Source: a virus
Lineage: Duplodnaviria; Caudoviricetes
Direction: 5' to 3' (one strand)
Virus record (IMG/VR): IMGVR_UViG_3300037782_000064
Span: 1-33,009 of that record
Length of the DNA stretch: 33,009 nt
Part shown: positions 25,301-33,009 of the stretch, piece after piece
How the letters are laid out: each line of letters starts with the position of its first letter
Position numbering within the stretch: position 1 is the stretch's first letter
Program-made: the position numbers and the translations under genes
Notes under the pieces: model-generated
Told to the model about the DNA's origin: nothing
Database searches by the model: none
What the model saw: the letters and a program-made list of their open reading frames with translations, nothing else

Positions 25301-27429
25301 GATGTCCCGTTTTCGTAAACTACATCACCTTCGTAATAAGTGGTGTTTGGGTTGTAGTCGCCCCTGAACAAAGGAGTTGGACCAATGAAACCAGAAGGTC
25401 TTTGGACTACTGAACCCCTTATCGTAAGCGTGTCTGGGTTGCTTACGTTCCAGTCAATTCCAGAATTTGAGTCTCCAAGACTGAACTGGTTGCTATCAAG
25501 ATCCATGTAGTTTGCTTGATCAACAGACTGGATCCTTCCTGTTGTTATGAAACGTCCGTTGATAAAGGTCTGTCCGTAAAGTTGTGATATTCCACGAACT
25601 CCATTTATCGGTGCGTGTATTATACCGACAAGAAATGTATAACTCGAAGGATTGTTGTCCACTTTTATTTGGTTCGTGCTGAAAAGCCAAGAACCGCTTG
25701 AAGTGGTACGGGAACATTGGACGTACAAATATCTGAAGCCATTGTCTGGAATCGTGTAGGATGCTGCGGGAATTACCCAATTTCTTATGGTTTCCTCAAT
25801 CGTAAAATGAACCAATTGAGACTCTGAAATCCTTACCCCGTTTTGGTCTGAAAGGTAATTCAATTCAATTTCAAGGCCGTTGAAGTTCATTGCCAAAGGC
25901 TTTGCTCCAACGGTCAAGTTGAGTGTGGAAATCGAAGAGGGGCGAAAATTTTCGTCACGGAAATAACCATCAGTCGGGTCAAAGATAAGATCTGGCAACT
26001 GACTAAGGTTTTCATAAGACCTTCTCAATCTTTCATTTCGTAATTGATTGCTGAACTTTTCCCTGTACAGCGTGTCATTGGTTCCAGTGATTTCGTTTTG
26101 AGTCCGAGTTACAAATCCGACAACGACTTCGCTTCCAACTCTTATACTGTACTGATACGGGTCCGCAAGCGATTGGTTAAGTTCGATTATCCTTGTCGTA
26201 ACATTTAAGCCAAAATCCGTGTCCTGTATTTCAATAATGTCGCCTGCCCTTAGTTCAATAAGGTTTTCCCTAAAATATGTCGGGTCTGGCGTTATGGTGT
26301 ACGTCACGTTTGGCACTGAATATTTGTCAAGATATTCTTGGGCCCTTGTTTGCAGTTCTGACTCGGCATTATCGATGTATGTCTGTGGCATCAAAATATC
26401 GTGGATCACATAAGAGTCCCCTGCCTGTGGTTTCCTTATCGAGTTGGGTAGCGTCTGGTTTTGTTCATCGGTCAAGGGAATGATCTTAAACTCGTAAGAT
26501 CCGGCATCATAAGATTGGAGTTCAAACTCGTAACCCGCTAAAAGTCCAGTGTTGAATGTAATCTTTGCAGGCTTTGAAATCAATTGATCATTAACGTCGA
26601 AATCCATATTCGAGTCATAAAACAATGTTTCATCACTTCCGTCAACTCCTGTTATAACGGCTTGCCTTCTCGGATAAATGTCTTCAAATATTGCTGAACC
26701 TTCGTTTGTGCCAAATTGAGCGATATTCTTCTCCATGGGAGAAATTCTCAAACGCCTATAACCGTAAGATGTTATATCGATGTTCCTTTCACCGCCATAA
26801 GCGTAAAGCCTTGTGACGAGCCTTCTGTCTGAAAGTTCCTGTCTTTCAATATCGCGAAGTCCCTGCTTGAACTGAAATACAAGATTGGTGACGTTTCCCG
26901 TGGATTGGGCCAGTGAAATTGTCTTCCCGTTTGCGGAAAAGGAGAATTCAAGGTCATACTCTTCTGCAACTTTGGTCAAGGCGTCGAGCGCAGTGATCTC
27001 TTGGAAGGTTATTGTACGGAAAGTTCCATCTGGAAAAGACCCAACCGAATAAACATTTGTTCCAAATACCCTGTTAAGATTATTGACTATGTGGGACAAA
27101 AAAGTCTCTGGTTTCCCGTTAAGGGAATAATCGGTAACACCGTCCAACAACATCATGGTTGTCCCAAGGTCGTACTCTGGACCAAAGAACTCCAAATTGT
27201 AATCGAATTGGTTAGCCTTTGACTTCTTGGCTTGTGGTGCCTTCTTGATTTCGTAGGAAGTCCCGCCCCATAAAACGTAGTCGCCAAGTTGGAAGTCTAT
27301 AAAAGAATCAAGGGAAAAAACGGCCTCAATCCTGTTTTCTCCCATCAACCTCTGCTTCAATTGGGTTTTGTTGTCAACTTTTATTTCTGCCACCTGCGTT
27401 GCGGGTGATCCTGGCCTCATTATAATCAT
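22309..27429 (-). CDS. Tail tip / host-specificity protein (1706 aa)
   Basis: N-terminal prophage-tail hub motifs (VTRLYAYGGERNI, FEDIYPRR, FNTGLLAGYEFE), collagen tracts, CBM5/12-like repeats; follows Dit. Confidence 0.9.
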   Translation of the reverse strand: MIIMRPGSPATQVAEIKVDNKTQLKQRLMGENRIEAVFSLDSFIDFQLGDYVLWGGTSYEIKKAPQAKKSKANQFDYNLEFFGPEYDLGTTMMLLDGVTDYSLNGKPETFLSHIVNNLNRVFGTNVYSVGSFPDGTFRTITFQEITALDALTKVAEEYDLEFSFSANGKTISLAQSTGNVTNLVFQFKQGLRDIERQELSDRRLVTRLYAYGGERNIDITSYGYRRLRISPMEKNIAQFGTNEGSAIFEDIYPRRQAVITGVDGSDETLFYDSNMDFDVNDQLISKPAKITFNTGLLAGYEFELQSYDAGSYEFKIIPLTDEQNQTLPNSIRKPQAGDSYVIHDILMPQTYIDNAESELQTRAQEYLDKYSVPNVTYTITPDPTYFRENLIELRAGDIIEIQDTDFGLNVTTRIIELNQSLADPYQYSIRVGSEVVVGFVTRTQNEITGTNDTLYREKFSNQLRNERLRRSYENLSQLPDLIFDPTDGYFRDENFRPSSISTLNLTVGAKPLAMNFNGLEIELNYLSDQNGVRISESQLVHFTIEETIRNWVIPAASYTIPDNGFRYLYVQCSRTTSSGSWLFSTNQIKVDNNPSSYTFLVGIIHAPINGVRGISQLYGQTFINGRFITTGRIQSVDQANYMDLDSNQFSLGDSNSGIDWNVSNPDTLTIRGSVVQRPSGFIGPTPLFRGDYNPNTTYYEGDVVYENGTSYIRIGQGSTQGVHPTNTNNWKIFANQGDQGPQGDPGPTGEIGPQGAAGADGIDGIDGKSAIGSIEIDISPAQFGGKGDFTFTLDAQEGGSTNTGEVRVQVTRFIKPDGTLINFSAQYQDNTVYTPYGEGAIGKFYLMYSEELVSSRFPSLSFSDNNYFVPVRPKDSNTWEAFDNAGNDTDVTLLPTDVFLCVIEASGLNSGLTGYVGFVNGAEGLDGEDGPVGPIGPQGPAGADGIDGVDGLNGEDGSDGFGSIPYPVNPATIGGYSDADILLDASSETASNTGEVFVRMKKLVDSKQNVKVNSLYRQTINTPFGEGTSGIFYLLWSDEEWTSRMGQSPALFQPGNIAPVIWDGSSWKIHGNGNTETYNLTLRSSDVFLCAVEAKNTTGGLTGFLSFLSGAKGQDAIQAGYFYDDFTEYEDLIDFWASWEFNAGTESALKLYSGGYAIVGGQSIIIGNNSGNDQVWATSKKRLAYDPEDLYQITFKVVRDSGGGSCYLGVAGFDANGNFVNANGDNIFSSQYYVAAQAEQPSIGAQTTYIGYFQGIAASGNGGEHQSPEDPATLHQDVKYIAPMFLANYNNNSGIFLIHSIEIKKVNDFSPIPRGTWNSAITYPRGSVVNRYGSSYIAKRETFNDDPALSPNDWTLIAQKGDTGPTGPQGPAGSDGQDGDTGPSIVFRGDFTTWSTTPFFNNSLRRDVIKYGSSYLIYKGPDGSTNFSYISGYWENFGGTFQSVATDLLLAENANIGNWIIKSSKISSQNTYGGVNKMVMDGSSGIITVTDGVTVYTSSGGSVTRTSTMKFDGDNGQITAEVDMIGTQPNQFVRMSGLGFRADWAGETKNNGVSTIKAAYMADVSGNLSPSAYSSLSAVVGVFGRATNTYGSNGAPSYGGYFHGLYATEFTGHLSRNNGSVSITEQMIHICTATGGSVNIYLPNPKNIGRIVIVVRSEGGGVFVQGNGSTINYNGSKTSSRGIGSVGEAMMFIWDGVYWQALGMYK

Positions 27430-28199
27430 GGTACGACGTTTAGATACATGGTAAATTTAAGAACTTTCGTGCCAACGGTTCTAACGTTGAAACCGTCCGA
27501 CAAGAATGTTTTGGGAAAGGTCTGTCCCATGTGAACAAATTCCTTCAGCCCTTCAGTGGAAAGCACGGTTTTGAAAGACTCCATCTTTTGGATCCTGTCC
27601 GAGTTTGAACTTCCTATCAAATAACAATCAAGGCCGACTCGTTTTAAAGCCCTGTATTGGCTCATGTGCCCGCCTTGAAGGTAAGTAGTCTTAGTGGATG
27701 ACTTTAGTGCGTTCAGGCTTGCGAAATCTTTCCTCAATGCGGGTTTTATACCAAACTGCGAGAAAGAATATCCGTCGAATGAAGAAGAACCGCCATTTTT
27801 GGATCCTGGAACTGCTGCGTTGAATGAAGGAACTCTGTTGTAGAAATTGATCTTTATCCTGTCAGCATTTGAATAGGGAACATGGTTGTTGATGGAAAGT
27901 ATCTGGCAATTGTGCTCCCCAATGTTACCCGTGGAACCACTTATCCCGACAACGACTTCTTCCATGGATTCCAATGTCGATATTGCCGAATATACGGTTC
28001 CGCCCCTTCTTGGGTCGTGAATACAGTCAACTGTGAACTGTTGGCCTTCCCAACCTATTTGGTCTGCGCTTACAAATGGTTCGATTTCATCACCCCAATC
28101 GTATGCCACTGGTTGGATCCTTGAAGGCATATTCAAAAATCCAGATTGAGAAATCACTACAAGTCCGTAGTTTTCAATATTGGTACCGTTTATTGTCAT
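27426..28199 (-). CDS. Distal tail (Dit-like) protein
   Basis: Position between TMP and tail tip; internal two-fold repeat (INGTNIENYGL / FDGYSFSQFGI). Confidence 0.7.
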   Translation of the reverse strand: MTINGTNIENYGLVVISQSGFLNMPSRIQPVAYDWGDEIEPFVSADQIGWEGQQFTVDCIHDPRRGGTVYSAISTLESMEEVVVGISGSTGNIGEHNCQILSINNHVPYSNADRIKINFYNRVPSFNAAVPGSKNGGSSSFDGYSFSQFGIKPALRKDFASLNALKSSTKTTYLQGGHMSQYRALKRVGLDCYLIGSSNSDRIQKMESFKTVLSTEGLKEFVHMGQTFPKTFLSDGFNVRTVGTKVLKFTMYLNVVP

Positions 28200-31100
28200 T
28201 AGGTCAAGTTTCTTTCTATGGCTTGCAGCCTTATGTTTGAGATTTTGTTCTCTTCCAACAACAACAAAAGAGTGTTGGACATTTCGGTCAAGATCAAGTT
28301 AGCCTGTTCCGCTACCTGAAGACCTTGGCTCACATCTACCCTTATTCCGTTCAAGGTTCCCGAAAGTATTGATGCAGTCTCTTCAGTTATCGTTGTAATC
28401 TCACCGCTCAAACCCTGCCTTTGTACATCTGAAGATACTCCGCCCTCTATTCCCGCTTCGTTCAGGATTTGGTTCAACGCATCCAACTCTTGGTTCGATT
28501 GATTGATCAGTTCAGCAAACTGTGATCTAAGATCCGCAATTTCCCCTGCATCAAGACCCCCGCCAGATTCAGCAAGGTCGGCAAAGTCCTTGAAGAAACT
28601 ATCTGCTGCCTTTTCCAAGAAGCGTATCTTCAGGGATTCCAGAACGGCCTGCTTCATCAAGTCTTCAAATGTCCCGGCAAAGTCTTCTGCGGATTTCTTC
28701 CCTTCAGCAAATCCATCGATAAGTGCGTTTACTATGCTGTCTGAAGTTGTTCCAGTGAAAAGTTCATCGATTTCGTTTTCCAACGCCAGAACTTCCCTTC
28801 TCGCGTCCTCTGCTGCTTCTTGCAATTCCCTTATCTTCTCGGGATCCGTTCCTGAACCCGCTCCTTTGTTTCCGATTGTAAGACCAAGGAACTTTACTTC
28901 CTTGCGAGCCTTCCTTTCAGCTTCCTCTGCAAGTTGGGCCTGTTCTTCGAGTTCCTTCAATTGATCAATTGCTGCAACTCTGTTTTGAAATCTGTCTTCC
29001 CCTATCGATTGGCTTATTGCATAATCAAGATCATCAACAGTCCTTCTCAATTCCTTTATGGCTTGTTCAAACTTTGCCGTATCGGAGTCGATTTCTATTG
29101 TGATTGCAGACTCCAAAATCTTTGCTGCACCGCTTATGATGTCCAATGGGTTTCCGCCCTTGGCCAATCCTGCTGCAAGTTGCCCCGCTCCTTCAGCAAC
29201 CCCCTGCAATTGATCCATCAATCCTGCAAGGTCTTCATTCCCAAATGTGGCAAACAAACTGGAAAGGTCTGAAAAAATCCTTCCGACTGTTTCGCCTACT
29301 TGGATTGCTTTGTTCGCAAGCGCCTCTTCCTCTGCTGAAATATCCTGCTTCAGTTTCCTTATTTCTTCAGCATTTTTCTCTTCATCCTTCAAAAGAAGTT
29401 TGAGCCTTCTACGATCTGCCTGAAGTTGATCTCGAATGTCCCGCGCTCTTAGGTCTGAAATTGAGTTGAAGAAATCCCTACGAATGTTCAGTTCCTCTGA
29501 AGACTCGTTTCTTGCTATACGGACCCACTCTTCATATTGCTTGATCCTTTCAGAAATCGCATCCCGTGTCTTTTGGTCTTCAGCGTTCTCATACAGTTCA
29601 TTCAATCTGGAAATTGTCCTTTCCGCTTCAGAAATGGACTTCGGGTTTACTTTTATGTCGATTTCCACTTCCTGCTTAACGCCTCTTGTGATTTCCTCTA
29701 CTTTGACCTCTGGGGTTCTTTCCAATTGTACTCCTGAAGTCGCTGCAATAAGAGCAATCTCGATTTTCTTTGCGGTGCTTTCCGTTTCATCGTACAATTT
29801 CTTCAGGTGGGTTGTCCAGTTCTCTTCTTTGACTCCCAACTTTTCCTTGAACTTCTGGGCCTCTTCCTCGCCAAGCGTGGATATGAGTTTTTCATAATCC
29901 CTGTAAGCCTGTTCCTGTGCCTTCAATCCATCGATATAAGACTTCCACTCTTCCTCGATTTGGGACTTTTGGTTCTTCAGTAATGTAATCCTTGCCTGTG
30001 CTGCCTGTTTAACGGATTCGTTTCCGTCCTGAAGGTACAATTCGAGTTGGGAAATATCGTTCAGTTTTTGGACCTCTGCAATCTTCTCCTTTATCGCCTT
30101 CGATAGTTCACCTTCTACGTTCTGGTTTGGAATGATGTCGTATTTAAGGGCAAACTCGTTTTTGTTGTTGATAAGTTTGTCAACCCTTTCCTGAACATTT
30201 TCAATTGACCCGGCAAGGTTGTCATATTCATTAGCAAGTTGGTTCAATCCAGAAGATGCTGCGGTATTCTGCTCTCGAACTCCCTGAAGGCTTTTCGCCT
30301 TATCAATTGCGTCGGCCAAGTTCCTTGCGGTTTCTGAAATTGTCGCTCCCTGTTTAACGGTGATGTTGAACTTCTCCGCTTCCTTGACAATCTGCTCCAT
30401 CAAGTCCCTTCGTTTTTCCTCTTGCTGAACCCTTAAATTAGCACCCCTTTCAGCCTCTTTCTCTATGTCCTCTTGCTGTAACTGAAGGGCTATTCTATTG
30501 AGTAGATTTTGGTTTACATTGTTCAAGGCCGTGTTGATCTCTTCCAAAGTGGACTTTTCCGAGTCAAGGTCTGACAAATAATCTGGGTACTGGTTCTTCA
30601 ACTGTTCCAGAATTGCCCTTCTTCTTTCCTCGCTCGTATTGGTGTTGTTCAGTTCCAACTGAAGGGAGCGCATCTGGATCCTGTTCTTCTCCATCGAGTC
30701 TGAAACCCTATTGAAATCCTTGATCATAAAGTTGAGCGTCCTCGCAAGTCCAGTGCTCGCTTCAAGTGTCAACTCACCAAGGTTTTTTGTCGCTGCCTTT
30801 ATCCTGTTGGAAAATATCTTCCATTGGTTGTCATTACTGTTCAACTGGATTCTGAAAGCACGTTCAACGGCTCCCCCTGCCTCTGCCAAATCTTCAAGAT
30901 CCTGGGCTGCTGTCTCTGCGTTCTTCCCTGTGGTTCCAAGTATAGCACCAACGGCCTCAACAGTTCCGACCATTTCCCGAAGTTTGATCTGTGAACCCCC
31001 TGCCTGTTCCTCAACGGCTGCAAACGCTTCCTGAAGAGTATAGGCTTCTGCCCATCCGTCCCCAAGGACTTCTCCAACTCCAATGAGCCCGGCCCTTATC

Positions 31101-31777
31101 TGGGTCATGGCTTGTGCCGTTGGGACCCCTTGTTTGGTCAAAGACGCTACTGCTGCAAGGACTTCTTCAAATCCTACTCCCATGGACGCTGCCAATGGCG
31201 CGACTTGTGAAATTGATGCAGCAATCTGGTCAAAGGTGGTCTTTCCGAGTTCTACTGTTTTGAACATACGGTCTGCAACAATGTCAACGTCTTCCATCGA
31301 AATCCTGAAGGCGTTCATTATCGTGGTGATTCCGTCTGCTGCCGTCTCTGTATCTGTCACACCTGCTACTGCTGCCTTTGCTGCCGTCTCCAAAAGCGCA
31401 AGTCCTTCTGCCCCGTCATATCCTGCCGATACGATTTGGTAATATGCCTCGGCCAAAGCCTTTGGTTCTTCAGGTGTTACTTCTGAAAGAGCAAATACCT
31501 CTGAAGCAATTCCCTTGAAGTCCGCCCGTGCTGCATTACTGATTGTCTGAACTTCCTTCATTGCAGTCTCAAATTCCTTCGCCAGATTGAAAGCTGCTCC
31601 CGCAATAGTCGCGAAGGCTGCAAGTGCGCCTACTGCCAATGCTGCAAAAGGATTGATCTTGGAAATTCTTGAAGAGAGTCCCCCGACAAGGCTCGCTGCT
31701 TCATCGATACCTTTTTCGAGTCCTGTATTATCCAACCCTGTCGCGAAGAACAAAGAGTTTTTACCACGTACTGCCAT
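28199..31777 (-). CDS. Tail tape measure protein (TP901 core)
   Basis: FETAMKEVQTIS, AEAYYQIVSAG, TVELGKTTF, long coiled coil; start MAVRG (31777). Confidence 0.95.
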   Translation of the reverse strand: MAVRGKNSLFFATGLDNTGLEKGIDEAASLVGGLSSRISKINPFAALAVGALAAFATIAGAAFNLAKEFETAMKEVQTISNAARADFKGIASEVFALSEVTPEEPKALAEAYYQIVSAGYDGAEGLALLETAAKAAVAGVTDTETAADGITTIMNAFRISMEDVDIVADRMFKTVELGKTTFDQIAASISQVAPLAASMGVGFEEVLAAVASLTKQGVPTAQAMTQIRAGLIGVGEVLGDGWAEAYTLQEAFAAVEEQAGGSQIKLREMVGTVEAVGAILGTTGKNAETAAQDLEDLAEAGGAVERAFRIQLNSNDNQWKIFSNRIKAATKNLGELTLEASTGLARTLNFMIKDFNRVSDSMEKNRIQMRSLQLELNNTNTSEERRRAILEQLKNQYPDYLSDLDSEKSTLEEINTALNNVNQNLLNRIALQLQQEDIEKEAERGANLRVQQEEKRRDLMEQIVKEAEKFNITVKQGATISETARNLADAIDKAKSLQGVREQNTAASSGLNQLANEYDNLAGSIENVQERVDKLINNKNEFALKYDIIPNQNVEGELSKAIKEKIAEVQKLNDISQLELYLQDGNESVKQAAQARITLLKNQKSQIEEEWKSYIDGLKAQEQAYRDYEKLISTLGEEEAQKFKEKLGVKEENWTTHLKKLYDETESTAKKIEIALIAATSGVQLERTPEVKVEEITRGVKQEVEIDIKVNPKSISEAERTISRLNELYENAEDQKTRDAISERIKQYEEWVRIARNESSEELNIRRDFFNSISDLRARDIRDQLQADRRRLKLLLKDEEKNAEEIRKLKQDISAEEEALANKAIQVGETVGRIFSDLSSLFATFGNEDLAGLMDQLQGVAEGAGQLAAGLAKGGNPLDIISGAAKILESAITIEIDSDTAKFEQAIKELRRTVDDLDYAISQSIGEDRFQNRVAAIDQLKELEEQAQLAEEAERKARKEVKFLGLTIGNKGAGSGTDPEKIRELQEAAEDARREVLALENEIDELFTGTTSDSIVNALIDGFAEGKKSAEDFAGTFEDLMKQAVLESLKIRFLEKAADSFFKDFADLAESGGGLDAGEIADLRSQFAELINQSNQELDALNQILNEAGIEGGVSSDVQRQGLSGEITTITEETASILSGTLNGIRVDVSQGLQVAEQANLILTEMSNTLLLLLEENKISNIRLQAIERNLT

Positions 31778-31923
31778 AATTGGGAATTTTGCTAAAAGTA
31801 CCAAGTATGCCCCGCAATATCCTTATCTTGCTGATAATTAATTCTGTCTTAAAAATGCACTATACATTTCCTTCAGGTCAGCAGATTATAAGATCTCCTT
31901 TCTTGTATTACAAAAGGGAAGGT

Positions 31924-32076
31924 TTAAATCGGTTCTTTTTCAAGAACAAATACTTCAGCTTTGACGTGGTTCTCCATGGAAGGGAACTTTATGAATTTGT
32001 GGACAAATATGATGTTGGTCAATACGTCACCTTTGACGTACAACGACCCCTTCCGTGTGGACCTGAAAAACATCAT
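31924..32076 (-). CDS. Possible 50-aa protein overlapping the upstream gene
   Basis: MMFFRSTRKGSLYVKGDVLTNIIFVHKFIKFPSMENHVKAEVFVLEKEPI*; partly fills the gap before TMP. Confidence 0.35.
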   Translation of the reverse strand: MMFFRSTRKGSLYVKGDVLTNIIFVHKFIKFPSMENHVKAEVFVLEKEPI

Positions 32077-32611
32077 CACTGATGATCAAATAGGAATATC
32101 CAGTTCCAGAAACATTGCATTGATCCCAAGCCTCTACCTTACCATACCCGTTCATCGTGATCGTGGAATTGTTGAAACCAAAAACCATACAGTCCTTTGC
32201 TGCAACTATCGAATGGTCATAAGAGGTGACGAAACATTGATCAAAGGCCCTTATCGAAGATTCCCCAAAACAGTACACCCTTGAATGTCCAGTAAAATAT
32301 CCAGAAGAGTTGAACAATATCGCGAAGTCGTTGTTGCCCTTGATGTCTTCCATGTTGCAATATATCTTCTGATTTGCAAGTTCTTCATCGGTAAACCAAG
32401 ATCTCAGATCCTTGAAGGTTATCTGTCTTTTGCCGAATACCCATGCAACATTTTCTCTTAGGAACTCGAATATGTCATTGTAGGCCGTTGGTTCACCGTT
32501 AAGGAACCTTTCCTGAAGAACCCTTAAATGGACCCAACCCTTTTCACAAATCTCATTCTGGTCAGCTAATTGGAACAATCTGGCTATCATTACTTCAAGT
32601 GCTCTTTCCAT
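32027..32611 (-). CDS. Hypothetical protein with C-terminal beta-helix-like octapeptide repeats
   Basis: VYCFGESS/IRAFDQCF/VTSYDHSI/VFGFNNST/VEAWDQCN. Confidence 0.75.
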   Translation of the reverse strand: MERALEVMIARLFQLADQNEICEKGWVHLRVLQERFLNGEPTAYNDIFEFLRENVAWVFGKRQITFKDLRSWFTDEELANQKIYCNMEDIKGNNDFAILFNSSGYFTGHSRVYCFGESSIRAFDQCFVTSYDHSIVAAKDCMVFGFNNSTITMNGYGKVEAWDQCNVSGTGYSYLIISDDVFQVHTEGVVVRQR

Positions 32612-32889
32612 TATTGAATTCTTTCGTTTAACATATCGAACAAATTGTTTGGGCCCTTCTTTTTCTTGTCCTTATCGGTAGATCTTTCAAACTTCGGAAC
32701 GCTTGCGTACAACATTATCAAGTTCTGGTATGGGACTTCGTACAAAATCTGGTTGTATGTCATCCCAAAGTGGCTCATTAGCCCACCTATGAACCCGAAC
32801 GGATTGAAGCCAACTTCTCCTTCTCTTGGTCGTTGATCATCATCATCGGATTGAGAACGTTTGCAGTCTGGAAACACGGCAAAAAAAAA
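32611..32889 (-). CDS. Tail assembly chaperone C-terminal (GT/T) part, -1 frame
   Basis: Frame opens at the T9 run; FGMTYNQILYEVPYQNLIMLYASVPKF; upstream of TMP. Confidence 0.75.
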   Translation of the reverse strand, partial: FFFAVFPDCKRSQSDDDDQRPREGEVGFNPFGFIGGLMSHFGMTYNQILYEVPYQNLIMLYASVPKFERSTDKDKKKKGPNNLFDMLNERIQ

Positions 32890-33009
32890 TCAGTCCTAAT
32901 TTTCATCGAACTTTCTTGGTACAATTTGAATAGATCTTCAGTATTGCAGTTCTTCATCAAAAAGGGAACATACCATTCCGGCATAGGTTTCTTGGAATTG
33001 CCATGGACC
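32787..33009 (-). CDS. Tail assembly chaperone (G part), 5'-truncated
   Basis: Open to the window edge: ..VHGNSKKPMPEWYVPFLMKN...RTDFFLP; overlaps the -1 frame ORF. Confidence 0.75.
   Translation of the reverse strand, partial: VHGNSKKPMPEWYVPFLMKNCNTEDLFKLYQESSMKIRTDFFLPCFQTANVLNPMMMINDQEKEKLASIRSGS
32881..32889 (-). promoter_or_regulatory. Candidate programmed -1 frameshift site
   Basis: GAT TTT TTT TTG (T TTT TTT heptamer). Confidence 0.65.

Larger units (their letters stand above)
1..33009 (-). mobile_element. Siphovirus-type phage/prophage segment, probable Flavobacteriaceae/Bacteroidota host
   Basis: Contiguous co-oriented tail, lysis, recombination and replication genes; TAnnTTTG promoters; no host housekeeping genes or att site seen. 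Confidence 0.95.

Noticed and set aside
117-32836. Numerous + strand ORFs in the track (e.g. 18047-18625, 20904-21449, 28503-28964, 29436-29897)
   Set aside because: Antisense shadows of well-supported minus-strand genes; no motifs and no + strand promoters seen
1-33009. Stop-codon reassignment
   Set aside because: Genes are full length and densely packed under the standard code

Overview
A 33-kb segment of a long-tailed (siphovirus-type) dsDNA phage or prophage, most likely of a Flavobacteriaceae/Bacteroidota host (Bacteroidota TAnnTTTG promoters, A-rich non-SD leaders). Essentially all real genes are on the minus strand. In transcription order (right to left): tail assembly chaperone with a -1 frameshift, tape measure, distal tail, 1706-aa tail tip, a lipoprotein moron, BppU-like protein, collagen-like fibre, a glycan cassette (membrane-anchored CBM-like, LamG, DUF5060 glycoside-hydrolase-like), a lysis module (three holin candidates, DUF5675 lysin, atypical spanin-like pair), then an early region (Cro-like HTH, RecT, PD-(D/E)XK exonuclease, initiator with iterons, RuvC-like, NinB-like, HNH, SSB, ASCH, small ORFs) ending in ParB-like plus TAGT/GREB1-like glycosyltransferase genes. 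No integrase or CI gene is visible. The most striking observation is a ~70-nt candidate small RNA (about 13327-13399, own promoter and terminator) complementary to an ATCAAAACA...ATCATGGA motif shared by the leaders of about ten phage genes, suggesting one-to-many antisense translational control. All family calls come from motif recognition by eye; no searches were run.
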